The notes below the pieces were generated by a model that was given only the letters and a program-made list of their open reading frames with translations, searched no databases and was not told the origin of the DNA. The position numbers and the translations under genes were made by a program. DNA of 35,625 bases. It comes from Octopus bimaculoides. Its lineage: Eukaryota. The stretch covers positions 177,450,611 to 177,486,235 of the forward strand of contig NC_068982.1 in the NCBI RefSeq assembly GCF_001194135.2. Reading direction: 5' to 3'. Positions 22,993 through 35,017 of the stretch are shown here, piece by piece; position 1 is the stretch's first letter, and each line of letters starts with the position of its first letter.

Positions 22993-23859
22993 GCATACAC
23001 ATACATACATGTATATATTTATATATATATATATATATGCATACATATACAGATGCACATACGCGCATAATATTTTTAGTCATGAGAAAAGAAATTTGAC
23101 CTATTGGCTCATGGCCCCCCGTAATACCTCAAGAACTACATATAAACAAATATTAAACAAATGTTATAATTGCATGCAAATATATATCAACATAGAAATA
23201 TATAATCATCTTTTCACATACCGGGTATTCGGACGTGTAGACTGGATGTAAAATATCTTGATTGCGAACAGGTCTAGCGAAATTGCATTGACTTCGAAAG
23301 TAAAACTATAATCTGTCGCAGTGAGGTGAGATTTAAAATTCGAACATCTGGTCCATTCAGTCCAAAGCGACTCTTTTTGTTGTTGATTTGTTTGGCGCTT
23401 ATTCCATAAATTACTTCTGTCGCGAAAAAAGAAATAATTATCGATTACCTTCTCATGATGATAGGTTGGTTACATATGGTGACGACGAATGATTTTTAAT
23501 TGTGATGTCATTTAAATAACCATTTCGAATCGCTTCAGTTGTAATACTAATGATATGTTTTAAAAAACATGAATGTTACAATTTCCCATTTCAAGTTCTA
23601 AAATGAATTTAACTGTTAGGGTTGTATACAATATAAATATTAGGTAAGCTGGTAGAGAAAACCCTCTCATCGTCGTTTGACTGGCTAGATTTATAAACTA
23701 CTTCTTTGATTTGAAAAAGTAAGGATATATTTTTTAATGTTGTTTTGCTTTCGTAATATCCGAAAAGAAATGTAGACGGTCAGGGTTGCAAAGCATTTGC
23801 TTGATCAGGACTAAAGCTTGTTCAACAATAACAACAACAATGATTTATCAAGATAATAT

Positions 23860-24040
23860 TCTCTCATATGGGCACAAGCGCCAGAAATTTCAGGGGAAAG
23901 GCCTAGTCGATAACATCGACCCTAGTGCTTGTCTGGTACTTTTTTTATCAACGCCGAAAAGGATGAAAGGCGAAGTCAACCTCGGTGGAATTTTAACTCA
24001 GAATATTATGACTGACAAAATGTTGCTAAGCATCTTCAGA
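23860..24040 (-). mobile_element. SINE copy, 5'-truncated
   Basis: ggcacaag...gtcgataacatcgacc...aggatgaaaggcgaagtcaacctcggtggaattttaactcagaa aligns with 7589-7803. Confidence 0.85.
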
Positions 24041-24878
24041 TAGAGAATGTTTGTACATCTACAATATCTACAATATAGAATATGTACATCTACAATATCT
24101 ACAATACTTTTTGTTGGTTTGATCTCCGATTGTCACCACCTGCTTAAACCAGTGTTTGTATATAATTCTAGACTACATTCGGTCTGTAAACCATTATTTC
24201 TGAGCTAATGTTAGGAAAGTAATATACATGTATTAGTTACCTCTTGAATGACAGTGTTACTACCATTAGTTTAGAAATAAATGTTCATAGTTTCAATCCA
24301 ATCCAGCACTATGCATATATCCAAAACTTAGACATTTGATTATGATCGGAGATCGACAGGTTATGAGGATTAAATATTTAAAAAAGAACTATCTCATCAC
24401 TAAAAATAAGTTTAATTTTCATTAAAATCATAATTGCATAAATATTTCTCTATTATTTTATTTGAAGAAGGGCGACAGAGTCTGGGTGATGTGATTGGTT
24501 TATAGCTTCACCTATAATCTATTGCTTTTCTGGAAAACGTGTATAGAGAGGAGTGCTGGAGGTAAAGCCTGAGTGTGGAAAAGAAGGAAAAGGATTCGGC
24601 AAATTATTTCGGAAGACTGGGAAAGGATAACACACAATCAAAGTGACGAGGAAATCAAGATTTTTTCGATAAGTCGTATCCATCTTCCTTGTCGATAGGT
24701 GCAGATATAGTTATTGCTATGGTAGATATAACAAGAAGAAAATACATGTCGATGGTTTCATAGATATAGTATGCTGGTGAGTGAAGTTTTTCGAGTAAGT
24801 CGGAAAATTTTCTTTTGTATTCGGCAGTTGCAAATCTTGAAAATTATTTTTATACAACCTAAAATCTACACTTTTCCT

Positions 24879-24884
24879 TGTGTG

Positions 24885-24974
<90 letters not shown>
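24879..24974. repeat. (TG)n microsatellite
   Basis: Direct reading. Confidence 0.98.
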
Positions 24975-25499
24975 TATAAGTGAATAGAGAGACTACAGAG
25001 ATTCAAAATTGATGCAATCCCGTAGTAATATGTACATATACATAAAGTATCATATACCATAAAGTATCGTTATTTCTAGACAATATTGGATAGGTTATAC
25101 GACTGATTAGCAAAGGCTTACCAATAGCTTACTCAATAATACGCATCAACCGTTCTCCCAAACACTTGTCGTTTCCTCTCTCTCCTTTCTCAGAGGATAA
25201 AGGGCTTGACTCATTAATTAGAGCGGGACCTGAGAATGGAGTGGGCAAAACATACTGTGAAATCAACCAGCACCGAAGAGTATAGATTAGTGGTAGGAAA
25301 ATCAGAGAGAAGAAGAAACACATTTGTGAGACAGACCTTAAAGTGTATTGGCGAGAGACCTCATGCCAGTCAATCTGGTGGCCTTACTTTGGATGTGAAC
25401 TGTAATGTTAGCGTGTGTAGCAGCAACACCGTGGGAGCAGTACCCCGCTGGCAATTTCTCTTAATCGTTGCAACAAGTCAGAAGTTATTACAGAGGTGC

Positions 25500-25598
25500 T
25501 TCTGGTCCTGAAGTAAGACGCCGATGGTTTTGATGAAAGCTTTGCTAATTTGAGGATGTGCGATCCCCAGAGACAATCCTCTGTGAAAGCACAAACCG
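25500..25598. repeat. Dispersed direct repeat, copy 1 (partner 26498-26597)
   Basis: ttctggtcctgaagtaagacgccgatg...ctgtgaaagcacaaacc is shared, with few substitutions. Confidence 0.92.
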
Positions 25599-26497
25599 AC
25601 CTTGAGTACACATTCCCTTGAGTATAATTTATAATGACCTTGAGTACGCATGCCCAAGGTGATTATAAACATTATCAGTTTGTAGAAATACACTGTAATT
25701 TGTATAGTAGGGTAGAAATATCTCACGAACAACAATGCAAAGGACTAAAAACGAGCGGATAAATCTGAAATATTTACTGCTGATACAAACTGTACAAAAA
25801 GATATTTTAGTCAATAATATAGAAATACTAACTGCTTAAGCAACAAATATAGAACAGTCGAGATCTCCCTAAAAAAAAAACTTTCCAATTTCCACATAGC
25901 CCAGGGCGATATTTTAGAAATAGAAATTAACGCCAGCACTGAAATAGATAACCGATTTATTTATTCAGTTGCTGCTGTAACATCAAACAAAAATATAGCT
26001 TCATATTTGAAAGAATAAATGAACACCTACAAACCCGAAACAACATGGAAAGGGAGTTACAGAGATAAAGTGAGAAAAGAGCTATCAAAGCTGAGTTAAA
26101 TAGACAATAAAACCTTAAATATTAAAGTAACGAAACAAATAAAAACATTAAGGGAATATAAGAATAGAGGAAAAGAAAGATTAGGAAATTTAGAGAGATT
26201 AAGGTTTAGAAATATCAGCAAGGGTTCACGATATTAAGTGATTTCAAAAGTGTCGTTGCCCACTTTCAATTATTTAAAGAACTGCTGAATCATAATGTAA
26301 AAGAATCAGCAGCGTAATTAGAAATAGAGAAATTATAGTCGCAACGAAAAAGCAGCATAGAAAAACATCAACAACACAAAATGAAAGGAAAGATTTATAA
26401 AATATATCCACTGTGGAGGTGAGTTTGATATAAAAAACCCTGGTATCGAGAGTGGACATAAACAATCGATATGTCTTTGATTTAACATTTTCCTTCT

Positions 26498-26597
26498 TTC
26501 TGGTCCTGAAGTAAGACGCCGATGTTTTTGATGAAGACTTTGCTAATTTGAGGATGTGCGCTCCCCAGAGAAAATCCTCTGTGAAAGCACAAACCAG
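26498..26597. repeat. Dispersed direct repeat, copy 2 (partner 25500-25598)
   Basis: As for copy 1. Confidence 0.92.
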
Positions 26598-26882
26598 CCT
26601 GCGATATGTTATTATTGAAAAATATTGTATTAGTTAATACCTTTCGTTCTTTTTTTTATTATTTATTCCGGTTATTATGAATGAGGATAATAAGATTCAA
26701 CTTTCTATTCAACTCACAAAAAGTATATATTACTTATGTAGTTAGGTCACGGTACTTTAGAAATTCAAAAGAAATAGGGGACGCGAATTCTCTGATCGAA
26801 TTTGGATCAGCCGAGTAATCTGGCAATAAGTACTTGTCCTTGAGAAGTTCTAATTGTTAATTCTTAACGGTTTTATTTTGCA

Positions 26883-27270
26883 TAGTGGAGGCACAATGGC
26901 CCAGTGGTTAGGGTAGCGGACTCACGGTGATAGGATCGCGGTTTCGATTCCCAGAGCGGGCGTTGTGAGTGTTTATTGAGCGAAAACACCTAAAGCACCA
27001 CGAGGCTCCGGCAGGGGATAGTGGCGAACCCTGCCGTACTCTTCCACCACGACTTTCAGTCACTCTTACTTCCTGTTTCTGTTGTGCCTGTAATTCAAAG
27101 GGTCAGCCTTGTCACACTGTGTCACGCTGAACATCCCCGAGAACTACGTTAAGGGTACATGTGTCTGTGGAGTGCTCAGCCACTTACACGTTAATTTCAC
27201 GAGCAGGCTGTTCCGTTGATCGGATCAACTGGAACCCTCGACGTCAGAAATGACGGAGTGGCAACAACAA
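26883..27270 (+). mobile_element. Long tRNA-derived SINE (second family), full length
   Basis: A-box TGGCCCAGTGG (26897-26907), B-box GGTTTCGATTCCC (26940-26952) and a (CAA)n-like tail. Candidate TSD TATTTTGCA at 26874-26882 and 27271-27279. Confidence 0.85.
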
Positions 27271-27677
27271 TATTTTGCAAGTTGTTCAACTGGAACCCTC
27301 GACGTCAGAAACGACGGAGTGGCAACAACAATATTTTGCAAGTTGTAACACTTATGTTCATCAATAAAAAAAAATACTTCTGAAACAGCTGTAGTGAACC
27401 ACAATCCATCTGTTGATATTGTTTATCCTTCATCTAACTCAGAATTAACAATTCCTTGGGATCTGGAGTCTACAGATGGCGGTGCAATAGGTACTGTGAG
27501 TGTAGCCATGAGCGACCTTGCTGGCCCGTTGTGTATTCAGTCAGCCATTTGTGAATGCAAGCATAACTGGAGAACAAATCCGTGTGTAGTTTAGCAAGGA
27601 TGTATTTTTCATTATAGATTGTTTGTACACAGTAGCGCTGTCACCGACCCGACCTTGATGCTTTCACAATTTAAATA

Positions 27678-28200
27678 TTGGGTCATCCTATAAACAATGC
27701 GGTCTTTTTCAATTGCATGAACTAAAAGTTGGAGGGGAAAGGATTAAACTGCCTGTATCAACTTGCTATAAAAGCTGGTGGAAATTTTACCTTGTACTTA
27801 TTCTTAGAGGAAGTTTTGAAGAGTGTTGTTCAATTCTAACAGTTATTTTTTCAAAGCTATAACGGAAGTAACAAAGGAGCATATTTTGCTTTATGAATTC
27901 AAAAAAGGCAACAATGCAACGGAAAGTGCGGGAAATATTGATGCAGTTTATGGCGATCGGACAATAAGCGTAAGCCAGTGTCTACGGTGGTTCCAGAAAT
28001 TCCGAGTCGAAAACTACAGCTTAGAAGGCGAGCCTCGTCCTGGAAGACCTGTTGAGCTCGACGAGGACGTCCTGCAAACCCTGGTGTAAAAAAATCCCAT
28101 TGTAAATGTTGTGGAACTAGCAGAGAAGCTCTTGGATTTGGTCATTCAACCACTTATCAACATTTGCGTGCCATCGGAAAAGTCAGCAAATTGGGTCAAT
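27678..28200 (+). mobile_element. 5' half of a mariner element (TIR + HTH region)
   Basis: TA followed by TIR-like TTGGGTCATCCTATAAACAATGCGG. Translation EVTKEHILLYEFKKGNNATESAGNIDAVYG...RWFQKFR..SLEGEPRPGRP..L..LV*KNP..ELAEKL-GFGHST..HLRAIGKVSKLGQ stops just before the WVPHEL motif. Confidence 0.93.
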
Positions 28201-28375
28201 ATATTAAATTTTATTAAATTTTATATTTACTCAAATACCCAAAATAACAGGGAGTTTCTACCTCATAAACAGGAGTTACACCACAGTCATTTTGTGATCT
28301 TTGCTACCCTGGTATCTATTAACCAATTTATTTTGTCGGAGTTAATTGTTAACTAAGAGAAAATAAATACATATA

Positions 28376-28419
<44 letters not shown>

Positions 28420-28702
28420 CGGTACTTTATATGTCGCAAAACAGCAAGTTGAAAAGATTTGTGGAGTATTATTTATTCGCCATTAACATGTTTCATATGC
28501 TAGCAGGAATCACAAAGTCTTACATGTTGCACAAGCATATATTTCCTATTAAAAATACTTCAGACAACGAATCAAATAATACAAAATTTACATATGGATG
28601 AAACGTTTATATACAGTTACTAATCGAGGGTAGGATAGACTGCCGGGGAAAACAATAAAGAGCAAATCAAGTAGTAAAAAAATGAGAGAGAGTTACATCC
28701 AT

Positions 28703-28748
<46 letters not shown>

Positions 28749-29262
28749 CCGCATATACACATATATAGACATACACAAGTTATCTAAATTATATATATAT
28801 ATATATATATATACATATACANNNNNNNNNNCACACACACACACACACACACACACACATCCGCATATACACATATATAGACATACACAAGTTATCTAAA
28901 TTATATATATATATATATATATATACATAGAGAGAAACACACACACAAGGTTGTACTAATGCTCCCATGCATACACAATCGCACGTCCTTGCAAGCACAT
29001 GTACGCAAACATACACACTCACACACACTAACGCTTATATACATATGATGGACATGTATACAACATTATACGCATGTTCTAATTCAATTGAATATAAACA
29101 GACCCTTGAGTATACACCTTTACATACATACGTACATACAAACATACACACATACACACATACACACACACAATAACACATACATACATACGCACGCACA
29201 CACAGGTACATAAATGTACATATACAAGTACAAGTATACATACAAATACAAATATACATGTA

Positions 29263-29735
29263 CAAGTTTGAACATTTTGATAAACCGTTTTTCTTTTATC
29301 TTTCTTACAACTTCACTTGTGTCATGTAGTTTGTGGAAAGGAAAACTTAAAATCATTTACTGACCACATGTCTGTATATGTTCGCTCAGTGGAAATTGAT
29401 AAACATTGATGTTCCGGATTTGTTGTCGGTGGATTGGTGAGCGTTCCGATAATGCATTCCTTGTCTCGTCTATATATAATACCTCGCAATTCGAGCATTC
29501 AATACAGTGGATCAAATTTCTTCTTTCGCAGTTCATATCTGCATTTATGAAAATCTGTCCATTTTTTGTTCAACTGGATATACCCGTCCATGTATTGACA
29601 CGTTCCACATCTGTTATTATTACACTTGGATACTGTGAATGTTTAATCCTGTTTGTTCATTTTTTGTGTTAAAATACCATAATAAAAAACGTGGAAACCA
29701 GACCATATTTCAACTTTATTCAACTCTCTCTTTCT

Positions 29736-29780
<45 letters not shown>

Positions 29781-29936
29781 TATGCAGGTAGGGAAAATCT
29801 GAGCTGTGTCCTCTTCAAGTACATCTGTTTATCCTAGTATTACAACCCAGTATGTAGTTGTTGTTTTATTGATGTGAGGTACACATTAAAGTTTAAAATT
29901 CTGGAAATAATGTTTGCAGACTATCTGTATAACAAA
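29263..29936 (-). mobile_element. Penelope-like element relic (GIY-YIG endonuclease), left inverted copy
   Basis: Minus strand: NRCGTCQY ... NLIHCIECSNCEVLYIDETRNALSERSPIHRQQIR..PLSEHIQTCG..FPFHKL..RKIKEKRFIKMFK. This is a GIY-YIG pattern preceded by a Cys-rich linker. Confidence 0.85.
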
Positions 29937-30067
29937 GTTAGAGAGGTCAATATATAAATTTGATCTGTTTGAATTGTTTATCACTACATTTACTTCTATA
30001 CAAACTCAAGTTTAAACGTCTTGAGTACTGCAAAGTGTATTTCTATACGGAGAATATCTGGATCTCA

Positions 30068-30108
<41 letters not shown>

Positions 30109-30202
30109 GTACATACACACATACACATATATGTGATTACTATTAGTACATGAAATGTTTAATGGCGAATAAATAATACATCAATTATTACCAACTGCCT
30201 GT

Positions 30203-31177
30203 TTTGTTATACAGATAGTCTGCAAACATTATTTCCAGAATGTTTAACTTTAATGTGTACCTCGCATCAATAAAACAACGACAACTACATAATGGGTTGT
30301 AATACTAGAATAAGCAGATGTACTTGAAGAGGACACAGCTCAGATTTTCCCTACCTGCATAATGTGTGTGTGTGTCAGTTGAATAAAGTTGAAACATGGC
30401 CTGGTTTTCACGATTTTTTATGGTATTTTAACACTAAAAATGAACAAACAGGATAAAGCATTCACAGTATCCAAGTATAAGGATAACAGATGTGGAACGT
30501 GTCAATACATGCACGGGTATATCCAGTTGAACAAAAAATGGACAGATTTTCGCAAATGCATATATGAACTGCAAAAGAAGATTGTATTGAATGCCCGAAT
30601 TGCGAGGTATTACATATAGACGAGACAAGGAATGCAATATCGGAACGCTCACCAATCCACCGACAACAAATCTGGAACATCAATGTTTACCAAATTCCAT
30701 TGAGCGAACATATAGAGACATGTGGTCAGGAAATGATTTTAATTTTTCCTTTCCACAAACTACATGACACAAGTGAGGTTGAAAGATAAAAAGAAAAACG
30801 GTTTATCAAAATGCTCAAACTTGTTCTGAACTGAAATAACAGTTATAATATAACAACCAGTTAATGATGTGGATTATAAAATATCTTTAGCATATGAATA
30901 TAAACAAGTTACAGGATACGCCTTGCAAACCGTGATGTTTAAGTTACATGCGGATTGGTCGAAAGAGTATTCTAAAAATTCAGCTTGTTGGAGCGTTCTA
31001 AGAAGTACTAATGTTGCCAAGAGCTCAACTGTCAGTTAAACACATTTGGAATCTGATGATTATACTATGTATGAAAGCGTTAATTTAACTTTATGAGTAT
31101 TACAATTTTTTTTTTAATGTTAAAATACCATCATAAAAAGCGTAAAAACTAAACCATGTTTTAACTTTATTCAACTG
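30203..31177 (+). mobile_element. Penelope-like element relic, right copy with 3' region and degenerate hammerhead
   Basis: 30203-30823 is the reverse complement of 29263-29936 (about 90% by eye). It continues past the endonuclease stop to CTGATGA..GAAA (31053-31076) and to an inverted copy (31118-31177) of 30376-30432. Confidence 0.82.
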
Positions 31178-31658
31178 ATATATATTCTATACACATTCAC
31201 ACAAATTCGTAACAAACAAACATATGTTCACTATAAAGTCCGTTATGATTATATTTGTTGTCGCATTTGATAAATGTTTGCTTTTCCATAATTAACATTT
31301 TTATTAGACCTACCTAATAATTTAGGACGGTAAAAATAATGCATGTTAACTAAAATGGCCGTTGTTTTTTTTACGTACAGGTGGATCATGTTTATATTGG
31401 TACAGTACATAACACTCTGTTATTGCGAAAAAACTGAGCTACCCCATAATTTGACACGCAGTGTGTATGTGTGTTTATATATATGTGTATATATATATTA
31501 TATATATATATATACGTATATATATAAAATATATAGTTTTAGGGAAAATAACCAAGTTTCAAGAACTCATCGATGAAAATCCACTATTTAATTTTAATTT
31601 TTTAAATTGATTTTAATTGAGTTTTTACCTGTAATTTTGGATTTTGTCCCTAATATTA

Positions 31659-31692
<34 letters not shown>

Positions 31693-33774
31693 GTTACACA
31701 CATTTAATATATACATATATTTTATATATAAAATATATACACTTACATTCATACACACGTACGTTTATGTGCATGCGTATATATTTTATTACTACTATAT
31801 TACTTTTAATTAAAAGATTTGTAGATTTGCCGCGAAAGGTCATTTATGGGTTACAAAATTGTTATATACAACATTGGAAATCTTTTACAAATTAATCCTG
31901 TTCTATGAATAGTGTATGTAATTAAAATTTAATTAAAAGTATAAAGATCATATTTCATACTTTTAAATAAATGTTCTCCGTTAGTTTTGAATACTATAAC
32001 TTTGAAATGCAATAATGCTTTCATCTAGTAAAATTTACGTATGCATGCTGTTATGCCCTATCCTTAGTAGTTTGATGGAGGTGAGACTTGAGCGACAACT
32101 AAAAGAATATTTACAAAACATCCATCTCTGGTTAGCCCTTGAAATGTTTGTAATTTTAAAAGTCGCAGAAGTGCAAAATATAAATTGCTTCAGTCTTGCT
32201 ATATTCAAAAAATGGAAAATTTCGATCACTTAGGGAAAGCACCATTATATCTGGCTATAACCAATAAATATGTAAACTCGATGGGGAGATAAAGTTTAAC
32301 CGCTTTTCTCCAGTAACACTGCATACACAATATTTTGCACTGTGTTAGCCGTAATGAAACAACGCTATTATCAAACGCTTTCCATTTAAGATCATTCTAT
32401 CTATCGGAATTCTCCGGCACTTATTATCTCATATCATCTTCCTTTTTAAGGTATGATTCGGTTGTTGTTCTAGAACTTCGAATGACCACGTAGAAGCTCC
32501 TTTGTTGGCACATCGCGAGATACACTTAACATATAGACAAATGTTATGAGATACCGTCAAAATTAACAGCACTTCGTGTCAAGTAGAGTGTGCTCCAATA
32601 TGTTTGATAATGAAAACTACTCTTCAGGTTAGACGATTGATAATTATTAATAATATAATTTGATAGTTTTCCTCCGTTTCATTTCAGATGTTACCATTTG
32701 ACAGGGATCGAGGTGTTTATCAATGTTTGTATGCTTCTTTTTAATCAATGATTATGATAACGGAACAGCTTTAACTTGTCAGAATGTGCTTACACCAAGT
32801 TTTTTCAGTCACCTCAAAGTGCTTGTATTTTACTCTTTGGATGAAGTTACCCGTTAACCACCGTGGATGTTTTCTGCCTTTATGAGATATGAGTAACCAG
32901 AAACGACTAGGTTGATTGTGTGTTTTATTTTACTCCGTGATATATAGATATGAACTTGTTTTGTGATTTACTCCATTATTTGCCTTATCTTCATCATGTT
33001 AGAATCGCACAAAACGACATGATGGAGTTCAGCTCAAAATACATCACGGGTTTTTATAATGGCTATTTATATTCTGAGTTCGAATCTCAACAGGGTTACC
33101 CTTATTTTGCATCCTTTTGAAATCTATACGCTAATTATCCATCATGTAATAATAGCGATCTAATTGATCATAATATCATTAAAATGTGAGAAAAATTATA
33201 ATGGTTGTTGATGGCGATAAGATCTTACTCATACAGTAAAAAAAAAAGATGTTACGTAGTATACAAGGAGCAATTAGTCAAAATGCAAAAATGTTTTTTC
33301 TCTGACCAACTTACCGTGAAATTATGTACCATCATAAATTACTATGGTTCAGTAAAGTTTATCGAAGGAGGGTGTGAGTGAAGGAAGTTAACTCGGTAAA
33401 AGGACTAAACACATCAGGCTACGTTGAAGAGAGCGTGTGAGACAAGAGAAGATATTGGAGTTTGGAGGAGAACATATACGTTTTCAGTAGGTCTTTCTTT
33501 TAAAGACACAATATCTATGTGATATCTAATATTTCCATCCTAGTTTTATGCACATATACACAGAGAATTTCGCTGTATGTGGTCCTTCAAATGTGTGATT
33601 GCGTGGGTGTGAACACTTGCATTTATGTAGTGCGTATGTGTGCGTGTGTGCGTGCGTACGAGCGTGTGTGCATGCGTGTGTGTGTGTATGCGTGGGCATG
33701 CTTGTGTGCGTGCGTGTGTGTGAGTGTGTGTGGGAGGGTCACTTATATGACGTATTATTAAAATTTCTCGAATA

Positions 33775-33940
33775 GGATTGGCAGAATCATTAGCGTCAGA
33801 AAAATGCGCTGCCATAAACGCTTTGGTTCTTTATGTTCAGAGCTGAAATCGTATCGATGTCAAATTTGCCTTTCACCCTTTCCGGGTTGACAAAATGAAG
33901 TAGCACTCATGTAACACAGCCGATATAATAGATTAACCTC
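33775..33940 (+). mobile_element. Degenerate SINE copy
   Basis: ttggcagaatcattagcg ... gttcagagctgaaatc ... tttgcctttcaccctttccgggttgacaaaatgaagta follows the family layout. Confidence 0.6.
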
Positions 33941-34022
33941 ATGACCTCAGAATATATATTGCAATTAAAAATATATATTGCAATTAAAAGTCCTTCAGTC
34001 TTTGCTGGCAAAATTTGAAACG

Positions 34023-34053
<31 letters not shown>

Positions 34054-34082
34054 ATTTGGTTCAGGTTCGTTCATTCGTTCTT

Positions 34083-34310
34083 ATGGCGGTGAGCTAGCAG
34101 AATTATTAGCACTCCAGACGAGATGCTTAGCAGTATTTCGTCTGCCGCTTATCTATTCATCTGTAAACGCATCAGTAGAAATTCTACCGAGGTCCACTTT
34201 GACTTTCATCCCTTCGGGGTCAATAAATTAAATACCACTGAAACAGAGGGGGTCGATGTAATTGACTAGTCCCCTCCCACCAAATTTCAGGCTTTGTGAC
34301 TATACCAGAA
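34083..34310 (+). mobile_element. SINE copy with (ATT)n tail and an insertion in the B-box region
   Basis: ggcggtgagctagcagaattattagcac ... gaggtccactttgactttcatcccttcggggtcaataaatt ... ggctttgtgactataccagaa(att)n. Confidence 0.88.
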
Positions 34311-34354
<44 letters not shown>

Positions 34355-34409
34355 AAAAATTAAGACACCTCCATTAGAATTAATTATACCTGTGCCTCTG
34401 TTAGTAGCA

Positions 34410-34504
34410 ACTGCAGCATCAGTAGTAGTAGTAGTGGCAGTGGCAGCAGCAACAGCAGCAGCAGCAGCAGCAGCAGTAGCAGCAACAGCAGCAACAGCAG
34501 CAGC

Positions 34505-34541
<37 letters not shown>

Positions 34542-34545
34542 ACAG
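34410..34545. repeat. Compound (GTA)n/(GCA)n microsatellite
   Basis: Direct reading; it generates the poly-A/V/C/L track ORFs. Confidence 0.93.
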
Positions 34546-34770
34546 CAGAAGCGGTAAATGTGTGACGAAAAAAGAAGACCGTGGTGAAGAAGCGGGAGGC
34601 ATAACATTATTAAAACAGTTGCAACACACGCTTTGATTAGTCATTCAAAACAATCAGCGAAGCTTTTGAAAAGAACCTTTTCGTTCACTTTGGGGAGGTA
34701 CTACATTAAAAATATTATAACCGTAAAGGACTCTCTACTGATGCGTTTACTGACAGACAGACAGACAGAC

Positions 34771-35001
34771 AGGCGGCGTGCTAGCAGAAACGTTAGCACG
34801 CCGGGCGAAATGCTTAGCGGTATTTCATCTGCCGTTACGTTCTGAGTTTAAATTCCACCGAGGTCGACTTTGCCTTTCATCCTTTCGGGGTCGATTAATT
34901 AATACCAGTTACGTACTGGGGTCGATGTAATCGACTTAATCCCTTTGTCTGTCCTTGTTTGTCCCCTCTATGTTTAGCCCCTTGTGGGAAATAAAGAAAT
35001 A
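34771..35001 (+). mobile_element. SINE copy with the shared head but a different 3' tail
   Basis: Head ggcggcgtgctagcagaaacgttagcacgccgggcgaaatgcttagc; B-box GAGTTTAAATTCC (34844-34856); tail ttaatccctttgtctgtccttgtttgtccc...aataaagaaata. Possible TSD cagacaggc (34766-34774 and 35005-35013). Confidence 0.93.
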
Positions 35002-35017
35002 AGGCAGACAGGCAGAC

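Noticed and set aside
24052-24106. 31-bp tandem duplication (also a 19-bp one at 33952-33989)
   Set aside because: Ordinary local slippage duplications.
25236-25511. 91-aa ORF containing CIGERPH as a zinc-finger linker
   Set aside because: No C2H2 spacing around it; a single chance motif.
26883-26960. tRNA gene
   Set aside because: A- and B-boxes are present, but there is no acceptor stem closure and the sequence continues into a SINE body and tail; it is a SINE head.
27641-27660. Reverse complement of caaggtcgggt, shared with the Helitron-like end at 290-300
   Set aside because: The hairpin partner and the terminal CTAG are absent; an 11-bp match alone is insufficient.
28706-28928. Exact duplication of a CA/TA-rich block on either side of a 10-N gap
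   Set aside because: Typical of overlapping contig ends left unmerged by the assembler; probably an artefact.
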